A stretch of 64,000 nt of DNA from Camelus dromedarius (lineage: Eukaryota): assembly GCF_036321535.1 (NCBI RefSeq), contig NC_087436.1:95358001-95422000 (forward strand), in the 5' to 3' direction. The notes beneath the pieces were generated by a model. The model saw only the letters and a program-made list of their open reading frames with translations. It had not been told where the DNA came from and did no database searches. Below, one piece after another: positions 1 through 11,480 of this stretch (its first letter is position 1; each line of letters starts with the position of its first letter). The position numbers and the translations under genes are program-made.

Positions 1-1344
1 ATCCTATTTTCAACAAATGGATTCTTTCCCCACATTTTTCTGAAATTTTTTTCTAATCAAGTACAAGAAAATTCGTGAGTTTTGTGTGTGTGATCAACAC
101 AGTGACACAAAGCAAAGCTTCTGTCCTCAGGGTGTTCGCACCTAGAGGAAACAGATACTAAAATAAAGAGGCAGTGGGGCGCAGCAAGTGGTATAAGATG
201 GGAGGTATGCCGCTGAGGATGTAATTTCATCCCTTAATAAAGAAATGCGGCTAATATAAAACAAACCTCTTTTTTCATCTGTATATCTGTGTGCATCTAT
301 CACCTATCTGTATTTTGGATCAGTTCTTTCTTTTAACTGTAACTCCTGGAGGTGGTCAGTTCTATTTGTTTATAGCATCTGGAACTCATGGTCATCACTT
401 CCTAAACTTTTAAAAGAGGCACATCCTCTTTAATGTGTTTGTTTTACCTCTTATACAGATGCTGAAATGAATTCAGAAATGCACAGCCCAAGGTTAACCT
501 GCTTTCAGGGTCTCTTATAAAGTCATCTCTGTCCTTTCTGTCATAAACTGGGCATGAGAAATCCAGGTCAGCAACAGTATAGTTATCATGAAACTACTTA
601 AGCAAACCTACCAGGAAAGGCTTCACACTTACCCCTCTATTTCTGTACAAGTCAGTTAAATCTAACAAATGTCCTTTGGAAAGTCTGAAGAGCTAGAGTA
701 CACTATCTAGAAAATTCTACCTATCAAGAAAGGATAAGTAGAGGGGATTTCCCCTTCAAGCATGGTGTAGTAACAAGGACCAGACTTAACTGCCCACTAT
801 AAATACTTAGAAAGTTGGATAAAATATGAAACAATGGCTTTCAGATGTTGGACAACAGTCTGCATAGGACTGTGATCCTTGAGAGAAGAGAAACAAAGTG
901 AGCTTGATAATTGCCCTGGCTTTCTGCCTGGAAACAATTTCTAGACTGCAGATCTAAACAGATCCTGGCAGCCTTGCTGAGTTGATGAGATGGAGGTTGG
1001 AGTTTGGGGAGGCTGAGGTGGCTAGAAGTAGTGGGGCAGAATTCTGGGAAGGACAGAGCTATGCAGAGAGCCCCAGAAATGAGTAATATAAGGATCTCTT
1101 GTGTTTCAGCTGAAATACCATGACACAAATGTATAGAATGATAGTCCACAGGGCTGGGCAGAAAAGACTGGTGAGTTGTAAGCTAAATAAATCCCAGGGC
1201 ACACATGAAGTGAGAAAATGTTTGGAGTTGACTAGCCAAAGAGGTGAGTCCCTGTTCATCCTTGGAACATTCAATGGAGACCCTGAAGTAATCATACACT
1301 AGTAATGAGTCTGAACTATCCTTGTAGTGAAAGATCCTCTAGAC

Positions 1345-1550
1345 AAGGGATTGGAAACATTTTCTTAAATTTACAGAGAGCAAATATCTTTGGCTTATGG
1401 GTCATATGGCCTCTACCGTAACTACTCAATTTTGTCATTATAGTGTGAAGGCAGCCATAGACAATACATAATTGAATGGGTGTGGCTGTGCTCCAATAAA
1501 ACTTTACTAACAAAAACAGGTGGCCAATGCGGGCTGTAGTTTGACCTCTG
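1345..1550 (+). mobile_element. MER58A-like hAT-Charlie MITE
   Basis: Matches the recalled MER58A consensus ('gcagccatagacaatacata...gggtgtggctgtgctccaataaaacttta'). Flanked by an 8-bp TSD ctctagac (1337-1344 and 1551-1558). Confidence 0.85.
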
Positions 1551-1558
1551 CTCTAGAC

Positions 1559-2036
1559 CAGCACTGACCAGTAGAAATATAATGCAATGTATATTTCCTA
1601 CTGTATAGCACAGGGAACAACATTCAGTAATAACCTGTAATGAATGAGAATATGAAAAAGAATATATATATTTATGTATAACTGAATCATTATGCTGTAC
1701 ATCAGAAACTAACACAACATTGTAAATCAATTAAACTTCAATTAAAAAAAAAAAGAAGTATAATGCAAGCCATATATGTAATTTTAGATGTCTGTTAACC
1801 ATAGTAAAAAAGTAAAAAAAAAAGGTAAAATTAATTTCAATAATATACTTTTACTTGACCCAGTATATCCCAAATATTATCAATTCAACATGTAATCAAT
1901 ATAAAAGTTATTAATGAGAACATCATGTTAAATCTTCAAAATCTGTTGTGTATTTTATACCTACAGCACATCTTAATTCAGATTAGTCATATTTCAATAG
2001 CCACATAGTGATTGATTACCACATTGGATAGCACAA
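1559..2036 (+). mobile_element. MER33-like hAT-Charlie MITE, interrupted by an L1 tail
   Basis: Starts 'cagcactgaccagtagaaatataatgcaa', has internal 'caacatgtaatcaatataaaa' and ends 'cacattggatagcacaa', as in the MER33 consensus. Confidence 0.85.
1588..1753 (+). mobile_element. 5'-truncated LINE-1 3' end with poly(A)
   Basis: L1 3'UTR text 'ctactgtatagcacagggaac...tgctgtacatcagaaactaacacaacattgtaaatcaa' plus an A tail. TSD agaaatataatgcaa (1573-1587) / agaagtataatgcaa (1754-1768). Confidence 0.9.
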
Positions 2037-4309
2037 CTCCAGCCTCTCTCTAGTTAAGTTTAAAAACAGGTCTTGAAGGAATCAAACTGATAACTTTACC
2101 ACTCACCAAAACAAAATCCAATACTCTTTAAAAGAAGACAACACAATGCAGACAATTGTCTGCATTGAATAAAAAATTACTAGACATGACAAAAAGTGGG
2201 CAAAAAATATACATAACAAGGAGAATAAGTAGTTAAGAGGAACAAATGTAGAAATGACAAGATAATAGAATTAGCAGACAAGGGTGTTAAAATACTTTAT
2301 TATTATAAATAAGTATTTAAAGGAAAACATTAAAAGAATCAGAAGAAAAACAAAAAATAAAAAAGAACCAAATGAAACATCTAGAGGTGAAAAATTTAAT
2401 ATCTGAACTGAAGATTTTACAAGATAGGATTAGCAGCAGGTTAGACACTGCAGAAGAAAAGATTAGTAAACCTGTAAACATAGCAATTGACTTGATCCAA
2501 GATGAACCACAGAGAAAAAAAGACTGAAAAAAAAAAGCAAAAGAGGCTCAGTGATCTGTGGGATAATATAAAATGATCTACCATAAATGGGGAAAGAAAG
2601 ATGGGACAGAAAAAAAAATTGGAAAAAATAATGGCTCAAACACTTTAAGATTTGATGAAAACTATATTTCATAAATACAAAAGCTTAAAAGCTCATTAAA
2701 AAAATAAGAAATTAAGGTACATAATAGTCAAATTGCTGAAAACCAGTGTTGAAAAGAACCTTAAAGGCAGTTAGAGAAAAATACACATTACACGCAGAAC
2801 AGGCATAAGAATGACAATAGACTTCACCTCAGAAACTTTGCCAGAAGACAATGAAATAACATCTTTAGAGGGCTAAAAGTAAAAAGTCAACTTAGAATTC
2901 CATATCCAATGAAAATGTCCTTCAAAAACAAAAGTGAAATAAAAACTTTATCAGACAAATAAAACTTGAGGGGATTTGTTGCCAGCAGATATATACTACA
3001 AGAAGTGTTAAAGAAAATTATTCAGGCTAAAGCAAAATGATGCCAGATGCAAACTTGGGAGTACAATGTGCCAAAAATGCTAAACATGTGGACAAATAAA
3101 CAAGATTTTGTTTCTTCAAAAATTTCTTTAAAAAGGAATTCCAATGCATAAAGAAAAAAATTATAATATATTTTGAGATTTATCAGATATATAGAAATAA
3201 AATGCATAACAACAGTTTGAAGGGCAGGGTTGGGGAGATGGCAGTCTACAGTTCTAAGAGTTTTACATAATACATGAAGTGGTATAATATTATTTGAACA
3301 CGTATCATGAGTTAAAAACACATTATAACGTATTCAGCAATCACTAAGTTTAATAAAATTAAGAACTGTGCTATATATAAATGGAATATTAAAACTCAAT
3401 TAATTCAAAAGAGATCTAAAATCAATAATCTAAGATTGTACCTTAAAAAGAAAGAAAAGAAGAATAAATTAAACCTGAAGAAAACAGACGAGAGAAAATA
3501 AAGATATAAGCAGAAATTAATGACATATAAAACAAAAATACTAAAGTCAATAAAGCCAAAAACTGGTTGGAAACTTTCAACGAAAAGTATAAACCTCTAA
3601 TTAGACTCATTAAGAGAAAAAAAAAAAAAGACACAAATTGTCAATTTCAGGAATGAAAGTGAGATGTGTTACAGATGCTACAGATGATGATAATGATAAT
3701 ATATGATAATAAAATGAATATATGAATGATAATACGGAGATAAATTCAACAACTTAGCTGAATGGGCAATATCCTTAGAAGACAGAATTTACCAAATATG
3801 ACTGAAGAAGAAGTAGAAAACCTGAATAGCCCTACATCTAGTAAAGAAATTAAATGTGTAAATTAAAATTTTCTCACAAAGAAAACTTTAGGCCCACATG
3901 GCTTCCCTTGTGAATTCTATCAAATGTTTAAGATAGAAACCAATGTGTCACAAACTCTTTCAGAAAATAGGAGGATGGAATACTTCCCAACTCATTTCAA
4001 GAGGCCAGCATCACCTTGATATGAAAATCTCATGGTAACATTACAAGAGAGAAAAAAAGAAAAGTAAGTAGAGACCAATATGCCTCATGAAAAAAAAAAA
4101 GCCACAAAAATCCTCAGCAAAATACTAGCAAATTGAGTCTAGCAATCTCTTAAAGAAATAATGCATCATGACCAAAGAGGTAGGGATTTTTTCAGGAATG
4201 TAAAAAAGTCTAGAGGAATACCACTGAAGGTGGGGGTGTAAGTCAATGGGAAGTAAAGATAAAAAGGGAACATCATGAGCTCCAATAGTCTTGATTTCCA
4301 TTCTTATTT

Positions 4310-4540
4310 ATAGCAGCTGACGTTTCTGAGCATTGACCACATTCCAGGAAGCATGTTCAGAGTTGTATGTAAATTCTCTTGTTTAATTTTTGCAAGAACC
4401 CTTTGAGGTAGTTACCATGATTGTAGGCATTTATAAATAAGTAAACTAAAGCACAGAGAAACTGAAAAGCTGCCCACAATCCCATGGCTATTAAGATGTG
4501 GACCTGTGCGGTCTGTCTCCAGATCCTGCTCTCTTTGCTA
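4310..4540 (-). mobile_element. MIR SINE
   Basis: MIR core-like 'ttataaataagtaaactaaagcacagagaaactgaaaagctgcccacaatcccatggcta'. Confidence 0.7.
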
Positions 4541-5067
4541 ATGTACACGCTACCCAGAACTGCTCATTTCTGTGCTTTTGCCTAGCAAGGCTTATTTCAT
4601 CACTCCTGAACATTCATCTGCTTTTTCAGTCCATAATTAAGAATCGCCGTCTGAGCCAAAATATTAAGGAGTTCAAATGCAAAATAGTTCTGAAATTAAA
4701 GTATGTCTATCAAATTATAGAACTTGTAATACTAGAGTGGGAGATGTGCTGTGACTCCTTCCTGAATTTGTACATGCCTACAAATGCTGCCATCTCCAAG
4801 AAGTGGAAAAATACTTTTCCTCACGTGTAGAACAAAATGCCTTTTCTTTACCCCCGTAGACCTGGACTTCAATGATGGCACTACGACTTGATGGCATCCG
4901 AACCTGGGCAAGCTCTTTAAGCCCTGAGGGCTTTAATTCTCAGATTTGTAAAATGGAATGGTTCTGCTTCCCGCACGGGATAGTCTGAGGATCAGGAAGG
5001 CATCCTGATCTCTTCTTGTCTCTGCATCTCCATTGCTTTTTCTCCTCCATGATGCTTCCTTCTGGAA

Positions 5068-5463
5068 AAGCCTTTTTCAAAATTTTTTGACCACAGTCCA
5101 TAATAATAAATAACGTTACTTTGAAAACCAGTAGACATGCTACACGTACGTATATATAATAAAAATGATCACCTAGTTTATTTTACAGACTAGGAAAGTT
5201 AATTACTTTTGGAAGTAACTGTGCTGAGCCAACAGGAATAAACCAGGCTGTTCTAGGAAAATTGGGCCACATGTCACAAAACCAGTTAACTTTACTTATT
5301 TTGAGGCATTCTGTTATTTTATCATGTATTCTAGTTAATTTTAAAAAATGCTTTTCAGCACGGCATTGTAAATCAACTCTACTTCAATGAAAAGAAAAAT
5401 GCTTTTCAGGTCTATTAAATAGATTTTGTAACCCACGTATGAGCCCCTACTCAAGCACTTTGA
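5068..5463. mobile_element. Old hAT MITE (MER103-like) with a nested MER94-like element (about 5165-5280) and a tiny L1 tail
   Basis: Resembles recalled consensus sequences: 'ctattaaatagattttgtaacccac' for the outer element and 'caacaggaataaaccaggctgttctaggaaaattggg' for MER94. Confidence 0.5.
5359..5394 (+). mobile_element. 36-bp LINE-1 3' terminus insertion
   Basis: 'cacggcattgtaaatcaactctacttcaat' plus an A-rich tail, between perfect 15-bp TSDs aaaaatgcttttcag (5344-5358 and 5395-5409) at a TT/AAAA site. Confidence 0.85.
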
Positions 5464-5599
5464 TTCGCTGTAGAGAATAACTTATCTGACCATTCCAATA
5501 TTCCTGGATCCAAAAGTGCTAAAGATTAGCATACTCAAATTTGGAGAATCTCTGGAGAACCCAGGTGTGGGACGAGATCCATTCTAATTGCCATAGCCA

Positions 5600-7980
5600 C
5601 ACTCATTCCAACTCTCTTTCTGTTCTTTCATTCATTATCCATTCTTTCATTCTGTCATTTATCAGATATTTGGATTACCTTTCATATTACCAAGTGCTGG
5701 AAATAGTCAGATCCTGGGCGCGGGGACATGGTCCACGCTCTTAAGGAACTCAGATGTTGGAGGTGGGCTGACGACGCCTGCGTGGACAAATCATTGCGGG
5801 AGAGAGAGAGATGGGTGGTATAGTGTAGGGATGACCAAAAGGTCGTAGGAACATGGAAGACAGACCTACCAACTTTGCCAGGGAGGAGGAGAGGGTTCGG
5901 AGGAAAGGAGTAACATTTAAACGTATGAAGTTCTTGAGGAAGACAGCGAAGCCCTAAGGGTGAGAGGAGTTGCTGCTGTCTGGCGGCCACGCCCTCCATG
6001 CGGCTCCCCTAGGCGAACACAGTACCCGGTTGATCTGCAGCTGTATCTGTTTCCCTTGTGTTTCTCAAATGTATTTTAATCTTCATGAAAATACTCACAC
6101 CCCCTCTATTTTGGTCTCCCCAACCTATTTTTTTAAACACACAGTGAATCGGTGTTAGCTCCCCCTTCTCCTTCTCTTCCGATCCAATTCACCCGCCTTT
6201 ATTTTTCTTCACATTTTTCACCTTCTAAATATACTATATAATTTCCTTGTCCATTATGTTTACTATCTGTTTCTTCCTCCTAGAACGTAAGCTCAGGAAG
6301 GCGGAGATTTGGTCTATTTTGTTCACTGTGATATTCCCCATGCCCCCCGCCCCCAGCTTCTGGAAAAGTGCCTAGTACCTACACAATTGGTCCCTGATAA
6401 ACAATGGGAAAGACCTAAAAGAGCCAATTTCTGTATCCAGGACAGAATTAGTATCTGCTCAGATCTGAAGGAAAATGTATAGGAAAATAAAAAGCCTACA
6501 AGGGACCATCGATAATAGCATCCTGTTCCTCCCTCCCTTCAATAGTGTTTATTGATCACTCGCTCTGTTGTCAGCCCTGCTCTGAGCACTGGGATTTCAG
6601 AGAAGAACAGAACAGACCCTATTTCTGTCTTTTTGGAGCTCACCTGCCAGAGGGAAGCAGATGTTAATGAACTACACAATTGCCAATTTGGGATAAGTGC
6701 TAAGAAAAAAAGTAAAGGGTGCTATGAAAGCATGAAACAGCAGCGCATGACTTGCTTGGCCTGGGAGATCAGGGAAGTTATTTTTAAGCTGAGTAGAAGT
6801 TCAGTGAGAGAGGAGTGGGAGAGAGGGCTTTCCAGCAGAAGAAACAGAGTAACAAAGGTCACAGAGTGGGAAAGAGAGTGCCTGCGTCTTCCAGGAGAGG
6901 CCCCAGAGCCCGAGGGAGGGAGGAGGGGCTTAGCACAGGAGAAGAGGTAGATGAGTGGACCAGGTAGATCCAGGTGGGTACAGACGTTAAGGGGTTGGCT
7001 TTTCAGCCCAAGAGAAAAGGGGAGCTGTGAGCAGGTGGTAAACTGGGGAATGCTGAAATGAAAAGATGGTGCAGGCTAATATGCCGACAGGGGATTAGAA
7101 AGGATGGCAGGATAAGGGGAGGCAAGTTGGGAAGGTGCTGCAGTGGTGAGAGCGAGAGGGTTGGAGTGGAAATGAAAAGTCATGGGTAGATTAGAGAAAT
7201 ATTTATGAGATAAAATTGAAGTCAATGGCTTTTTCATAGTTTCAAATAAATAGGTTAAAACTTGTACGTATAAGGTTTTTGAATGTTTCTGTGAACCAAA
7301 ATATAAATAAAGAAGCAATTGAGTGGTTTGTCAGCAATCTCTGTGATATGTATACAAATATTCCTAAGAAGTGTGCCCAAACTACAACGAGTTAGTAGCC
7401 CCAGTGTGGCTGGGGCTGCGGAGCCTTCAAGGGAGGGATATTTCAGTGACATCCCATTGTGCTGGGGAACAAGTCCAAACTCCTTAACTTAGCACTGCAG
7501 GTTCTCCTTGATTTGGCCCCTTGCCTGCCGCCACAATGTCTTCAGCTGTCCTCCAACTCATAGTCTCTGCCCTCAACTGGAACTCACCAGGACATGGGGT
7601 TCCTGGGATTCTCTGTGGTTTCTGATACACGTTCGCTTTCCCAGGTTGTTCATTTGCCTGCAATGTCATCCTCAGCTGCTTAACATTTGTCCTGTCCATC
7701 AAGACTCAGATTAAACGTCACCTTCTCCAGAAGATCTGGCCCACTAGGCTTCTCCACCCTTACTCCCCAGCAGTGCAGGGTGCTGCTAAGAGCCCCATGT
7801 CCCGCGGCATACCTCCCATCTTATACCACTTGCTGCGCCCCACTGCCTCTTTATTTTAGTATCTGTTTCCTCTAGGTGCGAACACCCTGAGGCCAGAAGC
7901 TTTGCTTTGTGTCACTGTGTCCCCATTGCATAGCCCAGTGTCTGGTCACAGGAGGCCCCCACTAAATGGCTGTTGGATGG
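5600..7980. mobile_element. Cluster of LINE-2 fragments in both orientations
   Basis: L2 3'-end hallmarks: 'ctagaacgtaagctcaggaaggcggagatttggtctattttgttcactg', 'tttattgatcact...ctgctctgagcactggga' and 'cccagtgtctggtcacaggaggccccc'. Confidence 0.7.
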
Positions 7981-8691
7981 TAAAATGCCCACACCCCTTT
8001 GATGAGATCCCCAAAGAAATATGAGAGACCGAATTTTTAAATTTCTTGCAAATTACTTTTTTACACAGAGCCTAAATTGAAATTTGGAATCATAAAACCA
8101 CAGCATTTTCTAACTGGAAAGGATTTAGGAGTTATCTAGAGGAGTTGTTTTCAATCCAGTCAGTAGACGAGGGCAAGTTTTCACACTCCAAGGTAAAATG
8201 AGAAAAATATGAGCAATGGTACACATCTTTTAAAAAGAATCAGGTTAAGTGCATTCAGTTTAAGTGATACATTCTTATTCTGAGATGTCTCCCTCTTATT
8301 TTAAGGTTATGTATGAATTATGAGCCAGTAGTTTTTTTTTTAAGTTTAATTATTTTATTAAATCAAAGATTTTGGAGACTTCAGTATTTGTGTCTTTCCC
8401 TTCAGAACTAAGACCCAGAGAGGTTGTGACTTTGCCCATGGCCAAACTAAGAAATAAACATTTTAGTCTGGTGTCCTTCTGCTGTTGTGTGTAATGCAAT
8501 TGTGTTTATTTTAAAATCTTATAGGTATATTTGGTGTGATTGGTTTTCCATTCAGCATTTTAAATTCAGAAATGAGGCAATCAGTTAACATATTTGTTGT
8601 ATTACAATCTGACCAGGCTTGCTCTCTGAGAAGTATCTAGAGCCATATGACATTGCTGTCAGTGTTTGGTGAGGTTTTAAGAAATATCAGA

Positions 8692-8811
8692 GTCCTTAAA
8701 AAATATGAAAATGAATATATGTGTATATATGTTTGACTGGGACATTGTGCTGTACACCAGAAATTGACACATTGTAATTGACTGTACTTCAATAAAAAAT
8801 AAAAATAAAAA
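8692..8811 (+). mobile_element. 5'-truncated LINE-1 3' end
   Basis: 'tgtgctgtacaccagaaattgacacattgtaattgactgtacttcaataaaaaa'. Near-TSD aagaaatatcaga (8679-8691) / aagaaatacaga (8812-8823). Confidence 0.85.
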
Positions 8812-9149
8812 AAGAAATACAGACTTATAGACTCCAGTAGTTCTTCCTAGCAGTTGTTCTACTTTTAACTAATTAATTAGTTGTTCAATGTCTGATTCTT
8901 TTTCTAGAAGGTAAGCGACATGAGGGCAGGAACCCTGTCTCCGCTCCCCATCCCGCTTTCCCCAGTACTGAGCTCAGTGTATATGCAGGAAGGATTTAAT
9001 AAATATTAGTTGAGTAAATGCATGCATGGTCTTTAAAAAACCCCTTTACTTTTTTACCTTATCTAACAGCTCCTATGGCTGCTGTAGTCCTTGCCCCCCA
9101 CCTGGCCCCGCCTTCTTCCAGCTGCTGCTTCAAGCCATTTTTAGAACAG

Positions 9150-9300
9150 GAGAGGACCCGGTTCACCAGACTGGAGGTGATGCTTGTTGGCGACTTCTGC
9201 AGCGGGAGGGGCGGCCCACCCAGCGTCCACCGCGAGCTTCAAAAGGTGGGACCTAGGCTTAAGCCCTGTTTCGCGGTGGTTAGGATCGGTGTTTGCACCT
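9150..9300 (+). promoter_or_regulatory. Small CpG-enriched patch with a GC box; candidate promoter or first exon
   Basis: About ten CpGs in about 150 bp against a CpG-poor background, 'gggaggggcggcccaccc' (Sp/KLF-like), and a possible donor AAG|GTGGGA after 9245. Confidence 0.3.
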
Positions 9301-9664
9301 CCCTTCCTAACTGCTCCTATGCTCTAGACAGCTGTGTGACCAAAGCCAAGCATCTGTTTCACAGTCTGCAGTAACACAGGGCTGTTGCCTTTTTAGATGA
9401 CTGATTTGGACAACAGTGTGACTGTGGGAACCCCAGCTCTCTCATCAACAAGGTATACATCCCTCTTTATTTTGTGCAACACACTGGGCTTTGCCTCAAG
9501 AGAGCTGGGCGAAGGCAGGCATTTTTGTCTGTTTTGTTGGCTGCTCTGCCTCCATCCCGCAGGACAGTGATTGCATGCCCACTCTGTGGACACTCTGTAG
9601 CTATTTGTTGAAGAGTGAATGAATGAGGAAATATCCTCATAGCTGGTGAATGTCATCTTGCGGG

Positions 9665-9720
9665 TTTTCTTTTTATATAAACATTTTTTTATTGAGTTAT
9701 AGTCATTTTACAATGTTGTG
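9665..9720 (-). mobile_element. Very short LINE-1 3' end
   Basis: 'ttttttattgagttatagtcattttacaatgttgtg' is the reverse complement of the L1 terminus seen elsewhere in the window. 'catcttg' occurs on both sides. Confidence 0.7.
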
Positions 9721-10705
9721 CATCTTGTGCTTGATGTGCCATTTTGACTATATTTCACCCAGTCAGGAACTTGAAATGTGTGCTGTTTCTGAAGAGGGCA
9801 ACCTTTTGCTCATCCTCCCCCCACCCCTTTCTAAATTCCAGTTCCAATACTCTGCTGCACAGCCCTCAACTGGGTACCAAAGCTCCACTTTCCTTTACAG
9901 AACTGGACAAACCATGTGTGTCATGTGTGTGCGAGTGAGGATGTTGTTACAAATTTTCCAAATCTTCTGATCAACCCACAGACTTTACAATATAGCTAAT
10001 TCACTCTTTTCTTCACTCCTTTTGTTTGTTTGTTTTTTGTAAAATGCTGTGCTTTCAAATCAATATTTTCCATAAGAATACTGATTTTTCCTAAATTTTT
10101 CTGAATTCCTGTAATTCAGAAATCAGAGAACAAATGGTGATAATATATGCTAAAATTAAAATTAGTCTGCCTCTTTTGATAAACAAGAGCTTTGTCACTT
10201 CCCCATTCTTGTCTGTCAGGAAGCTCAGAACTTAGATTTATGCCCACTTGTGCTACCTATTCTTACCCTCAACTTTCTGAAATGGGAATTTAATCTCTGT
10301 TTCCCTTCATTACTTTGTCCTTTTAAACTTTAAAAAATATATATGGCATTATGCTTTGTTGAAAGTAGTTTCAAATTCTTTCTGGTAGATGGAAAATTAT
10401 AACTAATAAGGAAAAAAAATCTCCCTAATTATTCACAGGTGCTTTTTCAAAGCCTGCCTTCCGTGGTGCTATCGTGCCTCCTTCTAACACACTGGATATC
10501 AACCCTCTTCCTGAGCCTGATTTCCCCAGTATCACAGGCACTGGGAAATAGGCGTCTTATGCGCGAATATTAGAGTGTGGCAGAACTGGATTTTTGTTAC
10601 AATGCCACGAACTAGTGGAGTGACCTTGGACTGGTCACTTAACGTCAGTTTCTCTTCTATACATTGGATATAAAATCACATGCTATATCGATAATTGGTG
10701 TCCAC

Positions 10706-10847
10706 TTTTTTAGTTTGTTTGTTTTTTGGTGGGGAGGTAATTAGGTTTGTTTGTTTGTTTGTTTATGGAGGTACTGAGGAATTGAACCCAGGACCTTGTG
10801 CATGCTAAGCATGCACTCTACCACTGAGCTCTACCTAGCCCCCCCCC
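10706..10847 (-). mobile_element. tRNA-Ala-derived SINE (camelid vic-1 type)
   Basis: The reverse strand reads AGCTCAGTGGTAGAGTGCATGCTTAGCATGCACAAGGTCCTGGGTTCAA (A box, AGC anticodon arm, B box), followed by 'aaacctaattacctcccc' and an A-rich tail. Confidence 0.9.
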
Positions 10848-11182
10848 AATATGGAATATATTTTGAAAACATTACAGTTGTCTGTACATCCCTTAAGATC
10901 AGGGGCTACATCTTGTTCATATTTGTATCCCCAGGGCTTGGATTGTTGACCTGAACTGAAAGAGGGCACTAAACTTGGGTGACACTAATTTACTTATTGT
11001 TTTCTTTCAGAAAAGTTCCATTGGTGTCTGTTCCTCAATAAACCTTCCTTGGTCAATTGACCTTAATCAAGTACCTTCTGCAGATTTCTGTTACCCCTAG
11101 GATATTTAATTGAGGAAGGAGTATAAAGGATAAACACAGAAAAATGAAAACTCACACATACAAATTATAGATTCGTTAATGT

Positions 11183-11480
11183 CAGAGGTCACAAAATGGT
11201 GGCTTTAAGGCTAAATCTGCCTGTAGACATGCTTTCTTTGGCTCAAACATTATTTTTTAAAATGTAAAACAAATAATTTAAACTCCAGAAATGTGGATTT
11301 TGCTTTCTCTTGGTCACGCCCGGCCAGGTCCCTCCATGGGGATGGCTGGCAATGCAACCATTTCAGGCGTGTCCTCGACAGGCCACCCCAGAGGCAGCCC
11401 TGTCCCTCCCTGTCCTCTCCTGTACACCAGGGCCGATGGGAGTTGCCATTATGCTTGCACTTCGGTAGTTTTTTTTTTTT
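11183..11480 (+). mobile_element. MER102-like hAT-Charlie element
   Basis: Starts 'cagaggtcacaaaatggtggc' and contains 'agacatgctttctttggctc' and 'agttgccattatgcttgcac', as in the recalled MER102 consensus. Confidence 0.6.

Larger units (their letters stand above)
755..4200 (+). mobile_element. Ancient LINE-1 (L1M-type) remnant: 5' region, ORF1-like and start of ORF2-like sequence, interrupted by MITEs
   Basis: A-rich + strand with decayed L1 motifs such as 'gtagaaaacctgaatagccctacatc', 'ggcccacatggcttcccttgtgaattctatcaaatgtttaag' and 'tacttcccaactcatttcaagaggccagcatcaccttgata'. No open frame remains. Confidence 0.85.

Noticed and set aside
5970..5990. CTCF-like motif (reverse strand tggccgccagacagcagca); a similar one at about 56030-56052
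   Set aside because: Mismatches fall in the most constrained core positions, so it cannot be supported without a scan or ChIP data.
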